NCBI GenBank assembly: GCA_041178085.1
Contig: JBEGVZ010000037.1
Location: 1-64,000 of the forward strand
DNA: 64,000 nt
DNA from: Pseudomonadota bacterium
Lineage (GTDB): Bacteria; Bdellovibrionota_B; Oligoflexia; Oligoflexales; RGVZ01
Direction of reading: 5' to 3'
How positions within the stretch are numbered: the first letter of the stretch is position 1; the number at the start of each line of letters is the position of its first letter. Below are positions 37,462 to 45,619 of the stretch, in pieces. A program made the translations under genes and the position numbers. The notes beneath the pieces were generated by a model. The model was not told the origin of the DNA, made no database searches, and saw only the letters and a list, made by a program, of their open reading frames with translations.

Positions 37462-39243
37462 TCAGCGGTCAAACCACCGACCGATTTGGTCGGATTCCCA
37501 CCAGCGGAAAACGCGCCGTCCATGGGGACAATTATGCTGAAAGTCGACTTCAGAAGCCTCACGCATCAAGCGAGCAAGCTCATCTGGGCCCAGTTCCTCG
37601 CCAGCACGGACCGCACTATGACAAGCATAAGTCGCCAGAAGGTCCTGCGCCAGATCCGCCGTTGCGCTGGATCCAAATCCCTTTTGTGAAAGAAGCGACA
37701 GCATTTCTTGCGGATCGCGATGGGCAAGGATCGACGGCACGCCCGCAACTTCGACGGACGTCTCGCCAGTGATTTCCAAGGCGAATCCATTGTCAACAAG
37801 GGTTGTCAGCCCTGACCGCAAAGCATCAATCGATGCAGCTGGTAACTCCACCAACTCCGGGATCATGAGAGTCTGGGACTGATGAAGAAGCGTACGGTCA
37901 CGCGAGAGACGCTCGAAGATAATCCGCTCGTGCCAGGCGTGCTGATCCACGGCAAGCAGGCGGTCGCCATCGGTGAACATAAGGTAGCATTTGCCGACAC
38001 TGCCCAGGAACTTCATCTGCGCCCAAGGGATCTCAGCGGGTGCAGCCTGTGAAAAATCGGGAGCATCATCGCGGACAGGCACGGTGACCGCATCGTACAC
38101 GCGGCGGGTTGCGGACGCCATGGGGCTTGGCCGCCAGGATGTCGTCGCTGGCGTGGCCCAGACTTCGCGTACGGGGGTGTTTTCATCCATGACTGGTGCT
38201 GGCGAGAACATCGGCCGGGCCCAATCACCTTTGCGCAGGGCCTTCATGATCGCACGCACAACCACCGCCTGAACCTCGGAACCATACTGGAAGCGGACTT
38301 CGGTCTTGGCCGGATGGACGTTCACATCGACCAGTGCAGGGTCGACCGTCACATGCAGTGCAACGACCGGGTATTTTCCTTTGAGCAGATGGCTGTGATA
38401 CCCGCGCTGGATCGCATAGCGCAGGGTCTTGTCTTTGACCCAACGGTGGTTCACGAACGTGAACATCGACTTGCTATTGACCTTTTCTACCCCGGGCGGA
38501 GAGACAAGACCCTCTACCGAAGCGTGGACGTCAGCCTCGTGCACATAGATCAACTGCGCTGCGACTTCGTTGCCGAATACGGCTGCGGCGCGCGTACGCA
38601 AGGCGCTTTCGCCGATTCGCCCGTCTTCGGGTTGAGCGGCAGCCGCGGCGACGACTTCGCGACGGTTGTTCACAAGGCGAAGGCGCACGGCAGGCCAACA
38701 CAAGATCGCCGCATCAAAAAATTCGGACACCGCACCAAGTTCAGACGCGGGCGATTTCAAGAACTTCAAACGCGCGGGGACGTTGAAAAAAAGATCGCGA
38801 CAAGAAAGGGACGTCCCGGGGGCCGCGGCAACGTTCCGCTTAACTTCCGGGTTTGCCGATCCATCCAGCTCGATGCGGGTTCCAGCCGCTGCAGAGCGCT
38901 CCCTGGTGGTAAGCGTTAGCCGGGACACGGATGCGATGGAGGCAAGAGCCTCCCCCCGAAAACCCATCGACGATGCTACATAGAGGTCGTCCACCGAACG
39001 GATCTTGCTGGTCGCATGGCGCCGCAAAGCCAAGAGGGCATCCCCCTCTTCCATCCCGCAACCATCGTCGACCACGGCGATCGACTTGCAGCCCCCGTCT
39101 ACAAGTTCGACCTGAACGTCACGGGCGCCGGCATCGAGGGCGTTTTCCACCAGCTCCTTCACCACACTGGCGGGGCGCTCGACCACTTCGCCCGCGGCGA
39201 TCTGGTTGATGACGTCATCGGCCAAAAGCTGGATCTTACCCAC
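37462..39243 (-). CDS. mutL: DNA mismatch repair endonuclease MutL
   Basis: IAAGEVVERP, RHATSK, GFRGEAL, DVNVHPAK, DQHAWHER, CPHGR. Confidence 0.96.
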   Translation of the reverse strand: MGKIQLLADDVINQIAAGEVVERPASVVKELVENALDAGARDVQVELVDGGCKSIAVVDDGCGMEEGDALLALRRHATSKIRSVDDLYVASSMGFRGEALASIASVSRLTLTTRERSAAAGTRIELDGSANPEVKRNVAAAPGTSLSCRDLFFNVPARLKFLKSPASELGAVSEFFDAAILCWPAVRLRLVNNRREVVAAAAAQPEDGRIGESALRTRAAAVFGNEVAAQLIYVHEADVHASVEGLVSPPGVEKVNSKSMFTFVNHRWVKDKTLRYAIQRGYHSHLLKGKYPVVALHVTVDPALVDVNVHPAKTEVRFQYGSEVQAVVVRAIMKALRKGDWARPMFSPAPVMDENTPVREVWATPATTSWRPSPMASATRRVYDAVTVPVRDDAPDFSQAAPAEIPWAQMKFLGSVGKCYLMFTDGDRLLAVDQHAWHERIIFERLSRDRTLLHQSQTLMIPELVELPAASIDALRSGLTTLVDNGFALEITGETSVEVAGVPSILAHRDPQEMLSLLSQKGFGSSATADLAQDLLATYACHSAVRAGEELGPDELARLMREASEVDFQHNCPHGRRVFRWWESDQIGRWFDR

Positions 39244-39461
39244 GGTGAACTCCTGCGACGATACAACACGCGGCCCAAATAATGGCCGCGCGACCGGTTG
39301 ATAGAGACTGTAATTAACGCAGTCTATATCACCGCTATGGGAAGCCGTCCACAGTGGGGAAAACCGATTCAGTGCCGACGATCCAGGGATCCGAATGGTT
39401 TGACTAAATGACTTACAACATCCGATTTTTATCGTTTTCGCCGAGCGCCCCTTAACCAGCC

Positions 39462-39505
39462 AAAAAAGGAACCCCGGAGCACCCCTTCAGGGGCCTCTCC
39501 GGGTT
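39462..39505 (-). terminator. Probable terminator for the 39545-40744 gene
   Basis: Imperfect hairpin CCGGAG...CCCC-TTCA-GGGG...CTCCGG preceded on + by an A-run. Confidence 0.5.
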
Positions 39506-39544
39506 AAGGTTAGGTCGGACTCAATATCGAAACATCTACATAAG

Positions 39545-40744
39545 TTACAGACTCTGATCCACGGCCGAAGTACCTGACGCACCCGAGGAGGCGGACATGC
39601 ATGCTTGGCAAACGCGGTTACACTCACTATCCGCGTCATGATAAACCCGCTGACAGGTCGACAGACATGATGCTCGTTCGGCCGAACCCGCGGGGAAGGT
39701 GTAGCAACCTCGTTGAGCTATACAATCACCCTTCGCATTACCGGCCATATCAAGACAAAACTCGGGACAACTCCGGTCTCCGGGGTTCGCGTAAGAACCG
39801 GAACAATCCGGAGCGGGCGGGGTATCAGGGCTGTTGCCACCGGGCGTCGTTGGCGGAGTCTCGGGCGTCGTTGGCGGAGTCTCCGGCGTCGTTGGCGGAG
39901 TCTCCGGCGTCGTTGGCGGAGTCTCCGGCGTCGTTGGCGGAGTCTCGGGCGTCGTTGGCGGAGTCTCGGGCGTCGTTGGCGGAGTCTCGGGCGTCGTTGG
40001 CGGAGTCTCGGGCGTCGTTGGCGGAGTACCGGGATTGTTTGGCGGTGACGGCGGCTGAGGGGGGTTGCATTGGTTTTGCACTTCGGGAACGTTACAGGTG
40101 CAGTAAACTGTCGATCCGATCACAGACCCTGGCACCGGCCATACGATTACACCACTTGGGGGGGGGGCTTTGCAGCAATAACCCGAGGGTGACGCCTCAT
40201 TATTATTCCCACAAGTCGTCGGATCTTTCTTGGGCTGCTTGGGGGCGGCGGGAGGACAAGCGCATCCGCCCCTCTTGTTGTTCCGCGCGGAACCGCGCTG
40301 AGCGTTGTTAATTTCCCCTGAAAACAGCTTCGACGATTCCGTTATAACGACGTATGCCGAACCCCCTGAACTATGATCGCTGCAATTATCTGTGGAGCAC
40401 GGGGTCACTAGTTCATCGAAAAGTAACCCGGAAGATGCCTCATCTGTAGAAAGACCCAAACTTGGGCTTTGAGCCTTGCGGACGTTAGTAAGCGTCATCA
40501 GTCCTGCATTCGGTGAATTCAACGATTTCACCTCTCCAGTCAGCGTTGTTCCGACCAGAGAACTAGTCAGGCCGGAGTCTTCCCGCATCCCCACGGCACT
40601 CATCGCGTCAGAGAACCCACTGGGCACTGCCGGCGACCGCGAACCCGCGGATGAATCGCTAGATTTCTTCGAACAACCAACTAACGCCAGCCCGGTCAAC
40701 ACCGGGACGAGCAGAACCTTGAATTTCAGACGTGTGCCCACCAT
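39545..40744 (-). CDS. Cys-rich lipoprotein with (TPPTTPE)n stalk (399 aa, 21 Cys)
   Basis: Lipobox LVGC; 10 Cys before and 10 Cys after the stalk; GGGGGG RBS. Confidence 0.8.
   Translation of the reverse strand: MVGTRLKFKVLLVPVLTGLALVGCSKKSSDSSAGSRSPAVPSGFSDAMSAVGMREDSGLTSSLVGTTLTGEVKSLNSPNAGLMTLTNVRKAQSPSLGLSTDEASSGLLFDELVTPCSTDNCSDHSSGGSAYVVITESSKLFSGEINNAQRGSARNNKRGGCACPPAAPKQPKKDPTTCGNNNEASPSGYCCKAPPPSGVIVWPVPGSVIGSTVYCTCNVPEVQNQCNPPQPPSPPNNPGTPPTTPETPPTTPETPPTTPETPPTTPETPPTTPETPPTTPETPPTTPETPPTTPETPPTTPGGNSPDTPPAPDCSGSYANPGDRSCPEFCLDMAGNAKGDCIAQRGCYTFPAGSAERASCLSTCQRVYHDADSECNRVCQACMSASSGASGTSAVDQSL
39841..40027. repeat. 21-bp tandem repeat, about 9 copies
   Basis: Unit c(g/c)ggcgtcgttggcggagtct starting at 39841, 39862 ... 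40009. Confidence 0.95.
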
Positions 40745-40780
40745 GTTCCCCCCTTTGTCGCGAAATTCTCGACTCAGGGG

Positions 40781-40807
40781 CGTTCGGTTGTTTGGGACAA
40801 AACTTTA
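40781..40807 (-). promoter_or_regulatory. sigma28 (FliA) promoter
   Basis: Minus strand TAAAGTTT-N11-ACCGAACG; -35 element and spacing match the consensus TAAAGTTT-N11-GCCGATAA exactly. Confidence 0.65.
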
Positions 40808-41010
40808 GGGGCGAGGGGGGGCTAGGCAAAAAAATCCGATTAATTAACGCTTACCGGCACTTATCTTGGATATTTCCACAAACCAAACCGCAAAAAGGCT
40901 GTGTGTCGACCGACCAAGTATTCTCGCACTGTCTGCGAATTTAGATTATGAGGGGAGCTTCCTAAGGACACGATCTACCTGATATCCGGTCCACCGGAGG
41001 CAATTCGACC

Positions 41011-41613
41011 ATGGACGCCCAATACATCACCAGCGCCGCCGAGGCCCACCAGCTGCCCGCCCCTACCGGGCCTGAAGTGGCGTTTTTCGGCCGCTCCAAC
41101 GTCGGAAAATCCACGCTGCTCAATGCTATCGCCGGCAGAAAGGGCCTGGCCCGGACCAGCAACACGCCGGGACGGACCCAGATGGCGAACTTCTTTTCCG
41201 TGAAATTTCCGGGGGGTAAGTCCCTGACCATGGTCGACTTGCCGGGGTACGGCTTTGCCCAGGCGGGGGCCAACACGCGCAAAAAGTGGGAATCCCTGGT
41301 CGGCGCCTACCTGGAACGCACCAACGTCAAACTCTACATCATGCTGCTCGACAGCCGCAGGGCTCTGGACGACGACGGAATGGACCCGGTGGACGGCAGC
41401 CTGGTCAGCGACCTTGCCCGGCGGGGGACCGTGCTGCTCGCATTGACCAAAACGGACAAGCTTTCCCAGCGCGACGCGCAAGCTGCGTTGAAGAATACAA
41501 CCTCCGCCGTCAAAGGACTGCCGACCGTCGAAGTAATGCTGGTTTCAGCGGAAAAGATGCGGGGCGTGAAAGAGATCCGCAACCTGCTCCTGGAAGCCGC
41601 TGGCGCTGGCTGA
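41011..41613 (+). CDS. engB: Ribosome biogenesis GTPase EngB/YihA/YsxC
   Basis: GRSNVGKS, SNTPGRT, DLPGYG, TKTD. Confidence 0.94.
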   Translation: MDAQYITSAAEAHQLPAPTGPEVAFFGRSNVGKSTLLNAIAGRKGLARTSNTPGRTQMANFFSVKFPGGKSLTMVDLPGYGFAQAGANTRKKWESLVGAYLERTNVKLYIMLLDSRRALDDDGMDPVDGSLVSDLARRGTVLLALTKTDKLSQRDAQAALKNTTSAVKGLPTVEVMLVSAEKMRGVKEIRNLLLEAAGAG

Positions 41614-41771
41614 ATCATCAGCACGACTAAACAACCTCCCAGCTTGATATGTTTTGCTGAATTGCGACTACCGGGGCCTGTGAGCTATTCCGGGTCGTGA
41701 AAATCGTGCGCCGGGCGCTCAAGGAGCGTTGATTGTTTCAGACCGCGCATCAATCCATCCGGGAGATAAAC

Positions 41772-42308
41772 ATGAAGGCATTCCTTGTCCGGGCAGCGCT
41801 TCTTTTGACGACGGCAAATTTTATCGCGTCTTGTGGATCCATGTCCGTCACCCCACAGGACGCAAAGGCGCTTGGGGCAATCACTGGAACCCAAGACTTT
41901 GAATGCATCATGGGCCGCCGGACTTGGCTTGGGAACCTGCACGTCAATCTGCGCGTGACGGGACAGTTCGATCCTGAGGGAAGGCTCGGACGCGTGCGCA
42001 TAGCGCGCCTTCCAGGCGCTCCGGTCAGGTATGACGTTGTCGCGCAGTCGGCGATAAACAAAGCAGCTACTGAAATGTTCCAGACAGAGCTACTCCGGGA
42101 GGATGGCGCTGCTTTCTATCAGGCATACATTACTGTCCTGAGTAAACGATTCGCTGGACCAATTGAACATTTCACTGTCATTGGGGCCAGAAAAGAAAAC
42201 TTTTATGAAGCAAGGTACACGTGGCGCGATCTCCACCAGAATGAGACGGCGGGAGTCGGCGCGTGCCACCTGGATGTTGATTCCATGTCACGAGCGACCA
42301 AGGGCTAG
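41772..42308 (+). CDS. Hypothetical lipoprotein
   Basis: Lipobox IASC; GGGAG RBS before ATG at 41772. Confidence 0.65.
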   Translation: MKAFLVRAALLLTTANFIASCGSMSVTPQDAKALGAITGTQDFECIMGRRTWLGNLHVNLRVTGQFDPEGRLGRVRIARLPGAPVRYDVVAQSAINKAATEMFQTELLREDGAAFYQAYITVLSKRFAGPIEHFTVIGARKENFYEARYTWRDLHQNETAGVGACHLDVDSMSRATKG

Positions 42309-42604
42309 TCGATAGCCGCCTGCTTTTTGAGCACCTTTTCGCAAACATCCCAGAGCTTTTCCTTGCCCTCAAGATGCCGGATCAGGGTGCCCAGGCGGTG
42401 GGATAGAAGCCCCGCCAAATCACGTGGTTCGACATCGCCTGCTTCCAGGTGGCGCAGGACGATGGCGTCGATTTCATTCGAGATTTTTATCAGCGTACGG
42501 GCTTCGTCGTCGATCCGGCCACGGGCGATCTTTTCGCGGCGCCGGGCGTGATCAGCCAGCTGGATTACCTTCGATTTACCACCTTCGGATTTACCACCTG
42601 CCAT
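42305..42604 (-). CDS. Small hypothetical helical protein
   Basis: 99-aa ORF with strong GAGGAGG RBS; upstream sigma28-like element (minus CCAG-N15-ACCGATAC, 42666-42692). Confidence 0.7.
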   Translation of the reverse strand: MAGGKSEGGKSKVIQLADHARRREKIARGRIDDEARTLIKISNEIDAIVLRHLEAGDVEPRDLAGLLSHRLGTLIRHLEGKEKLWDVCEKVLKKQAAID

Positions 42605-42805
42605 CGGGTCACCCTCCTCGTCGTCCGCCCCTGCCCCACCGGGGAAAAGACAGGACTTTCAGTGAGTATCGGTAAAAATCCCCCACAACTGGAGCGGGTC
42701 CCTTGCAACCTCAAGTAACGCTTCAATTTTCCAGCGTTCCTGATATACCTGACCCTCAAGTTATTTTACGACGAATCCGCGCTTTTGAGGAGGCCCGGCA
42801 AATTT

Positions 42806-44203
42806 ATGGCAGCTGCAAACGCTTTTGATCTGGTTGTGATTGGTTCTGGACCTGGCGGCTATGTCGGAGCAATCCGCGCAGCCCAGCTCGGCATGAAAGT
42901 GGCGATTGTCGAGAAAGCCCCCCACTTGGGTGGAACCTGCCTTAACTGGGGCTGCATTCCGACCAAAGCGCTTTTGGAATCCGCCAAGACCTGGGACAAG
43001 CTCAAACACATCGAAGAGCTCGGCTTCAAAGCAGGCAGTCCGGCCTACGACTGGGCCCGCATCATGGGCCGCAAAGAAGGCATCGTGGACTCCCAGCGCA
43101 AGGGCCTGCGCTTCCTGATGAAGAAAAACAAGATCGAAGTGTTTGAAGGCCATGGCCGCCTGGCTGGCCCCGGCAAGGTTGGCGTGACGGGCGCCGACGG
43201 CAAAGTGACTACCGTCGAGACGAAAAAAGTCCTGCTCGCCACGGGATCGCGGATTCGCCAGCTGCCGTTTGCCAAGAGCAACGGCAAGTCCATCCTCTCG
43301 TCTGATGACGTTCTGTCGATCACAGAAGTGCCAAAGTCGATGGCGGTGATCGGTGGTGGCGTGGTCGGCATCGAGTTTGCGTCACTGTTCGCCCGATTCG
43401 GCACGCAAGTGACCGTGATCGAAGTCGCGACACAGATCCTGCCCTTTGAGGACGAGGAAACCGTAGGCGAGCTGGTCAAGAACCTGAAGAAGCAAGGGGT
43501 CACGTTCGAAGTCGGCACCAAGGTGACCGCCATCACAGACAACGGCGGCAAGTCGGCATCGGTGACTTTGGAAGGCGGCAAGCCGCGCGAATTTGAACGC
43601 GTACTCGTTTCGATCGGCCGCGAGCCGGTGACCAATGACATCGGCTTGGAGCTGGCGGGGGTCAAGACTGACCGCGGTTATGTGACGACGGATTCTCACT
43701 ACAAGACCAACGTAGACTGGATCTATGCGATCGGTGATATCCTGACCACCCCTGCCCTCGCCCACACGGCATCGGCGGAAGCCATCCATGCGGTCGAAGC
43801 GATCGCAGGGAAAAACCCGAATGTGATTAACTACCAGGCCAACCCGAGCGCGATTTACTGCTACCCGGAAATCGCCAGCATCGGGATGACCGAGCAGACG
43901 CTCAAGCAAAAGAAGATCGATTACAAGTCGGGTAAATTTCCGTTCTCGCCCATGGCCAAGGCCAAGATCGAAAACGCGACCGAAGGCTTCATCAAGATTC
44001 TGTTTGAACCCAAGTACCGGGAGATCCTGGGCGTGCATATCGTCGGCGCAAAGGCGACCGAACTGATTGCGGAATTTGCCCTTGGCAAGGTGCTTGAAAC
44101 GACTGTCGATGAAATCGGCCAGACCATCCATCCGCACCCGACCATTTCGGAGACGGTGATGGAGGCAGCGCATGCTGCCCTGGGCCACGCGATCCACATG
44201 TAA
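42806..44203 (+). CDS. lpdA: Dihydrolipoyl dehydrogenase
   Basis: GSGPGGY, GGTCLNWGCIPTK, GGGVVGIE, HPHPTISE. Confidence 0.96.
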   Translation: MAAANAFDLVVIGSGPGGYVGAIRAAQLGMKVAIVEKAPHLGGTCLNWGCIPTKALLESAKTWDKLKHIEELGFKAGSPAYDWARIMGRKEGIVDSQRKGLRFLMKKNKIEVFEGHGRLAGPGKVGVTGADGKVTTVETKKVLLATGSRIRQLPFAKSNGKSILSSDDVLSITEVPKSMAVIGGGVVGIEFASLFARFGTQVTVIEVATQILPFEDEETVGELVKNLKKQGVTFEVGTKVTAITDNGGKSASVTLEGGKPREFERVLVSIGREPVTNDIGLELAGVKTDRGYVTTDSHYKTNVDWIYAIGDILTTPALAHTASAEAIHAVEAIAGKNPNVINYQANPSAIYCYPEIASIGMTEQTLKQKKIDYKSGKFPFSPMAKAKIENATEGFIKILFEPKYREILGVHIVGAKATELIAEFALGKVLETTVDEIGQTIHPHPTISETVMEAAHAALGHAIHM

Positions 44204-44221
44204 CCGGAGATCGTCACGACG

Positions 44222-45610
44222 ATGGCAAACCAAATCGACATCCTGATGCCGCTCATGGGCGAAGGGATCAATGAAGCGACCCTGGTGAAATGGCTGAAAA
44301 AGCCGGGCGAAAAGGTTTCCAAATCGGAACCCCTCCTGGAAGTGTCAACCGACAAGGTCGATACGGAAATTCCAGCGCCAGCAGACGGTGTTCTGGTAGC
44401 GACGCTGGCAAAAGAGGGCGACGTCGTCCAAATCAATACGGTGATCGCACAGATCACGTCGGATGGCAGTGTGCCCCAGGCGAAAGCGGCACAGCCAGCA
44501 GCGCCTGCGAAGCCTGCCGGAGCCGCGTCACCAGCGGCCCAGGTAAAGCCAGCGGCCGCGGCCAGTTCCCCCGTCAAAACGAATCCTGCGCCGGCGGCAA
44601 GACCGGCTGTTTCGCTGCCCCAGGCAAATCTAACCTTGCCTGCGGCCCCGGCGAGCAGCGTCCGCTCATCGCCTCTAGTCCGCAAGATGGCGCGCGACCT
44701 GAACATAAACCTTGGCTACGTACCGGGCAGCGGCCTGAACGGACGTATCACCAAGCAAGATCTCGAGGGCTACGTTTCCAGTGGCCTGGCCGAACAACAT
44801 GCCGCCCAAGCCAGCCAAGGTGCAAACGTCGTCTACGTTGCCACTCCGCAGGACGCCCTTGGCAAATCAGCGCGGGTGCAGACCCAGGTCATCGACGGCG
44901 TGGAGATGATGGAAGGCAATCCCGTTCGTCGCGAAAAAATGACGAAGATGCGGCGCTTGATCGCCGAACACATGGTGGAATCTGTGCGCGTTTCGCCGCA
45001 CGTTACCACGGTGTTTGAAGTCGACTTGCACAACGTTTTTGAAATCCGCGAAAAGCATCGCGCGGAATTTGAGAAACGTGAAGGTTTTAAGCTGACCTAC
45101 ACGCCGTTTTTCATCCACGCTGCCGTCCAGGCGATCAAGCAGCACCCGATCATCAACGTCTCTCTCGACGGCGATGACATCCTGTGGAAGGAAGACATCA
45201 ACGTTGGCTGTGCCGTCGCCCTTGGCAACGGACTGATCGTGCCGGTCATCAAAAAAGCGCAGGACCTGAGCCTTGCGGGCACGGCGCGCCGTTTGAATGA
45301 CTTGGTCACCCGGGCGCGTAGCAAAAAACTTTTGCCAGAAGATGTCCAGGGCGGATCGTTTTCGATCACCAACCCAGGCGGCTTCGGCAGCTTGACGTCG
45401 AACCCGATCATCAACCAGCCCCAAGTGGCGATTCTGGGGATCGGTGCAGTCGTGAAGCGGCCCGTTGTTGTCGATGACGCCATTGCCGTCCGCCCCATGA
45501 TGCTGGTCAGCTTGACGTTTGACCATCGGGTTGTCGACGGGGAAGGCGGCGCCATGTATCTGGCCACGCTGAAGAAGATCCTCGAAAACTATAGCGAAAT
45601 TCCCCTTTAG
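44222..45610 (+). CDS. 2-oxoacid dehydrogenase E2 dihydrolipoamide acyltransferase (SucB/BkdB-type)
   Basis: Lipoyl domain VSTDKV, Ala/Pro linker, E3-binding SPLVRKMA...GRITK, FDHRVVDG. Confidence 0.93.
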   Translation: MANQIDILMPLMGEGINEATLVKWLKKPGEKVSKSEPLLEVSTDKVDTEIPAPADGVLVATLAKEGDVVQINTVIAQITSDGSVPQAKAAQPAAPAKPAGAASPAAQVKPAAAASSPVKTNPAPAARPAVSLPQANLTLPAAPASSVRSSPLVRKMARDLNINLGYVPGSGLNGRITKQDLEGYVSSGLAEQHAAQASQGANVVYVATPQDALGKSARVQTQVIDGVEMMEGNPVRREKMTKMRRLIAEHMVESVRVSPHVTTVFEVDLHNVFEIREKHRAEFEKREGFKLTYTPFFIHAAVQAIKQHPIINVSLDGDDILWKEDINVGCAVALGNGLIVPVIKKAQDLSLAGTARRLNDLVTRARSKKLLPEDVQGGSFSITNPGGFGSLTSNPIINQPQVAILGIGAVVKRPVVVDDAIAVRPMMLVSLTFDHRVVDGEGGAMYLATLKKILENYSEIPL

Positions 45611-45619
45611 CGTGATGCT

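Noticed and set aside
39302..39328. Imperfect palindrome TAGAGACTG...CAGTCTATA upstream of mutL as an SOS box
   Set aside because: The spacing is CTG-N9-CAG rather than N10, and there is no second copy in the window.
39841..40027. Possible CRISPR array
   Set aside because: The units are contiguous with no spacers, lie in frame inside a CDS, and no cas genes are present.
39601..40311. ORFs with ASLAESR, GVVGGVS or SANDARD repeats
   Set aside because: They are other frames of the 21-bp VNTR; only the TPPTTPE frame has a lipobox, RBS and promoter.
33296..40744. Cys-rich proteins as multiheme cytochromes or RiPP precursors
   Set aside because: None of the four has a CxxCH motif, and no radical-SAM, LanM or YcaO enzyme or peptidase-transporter is nearby.
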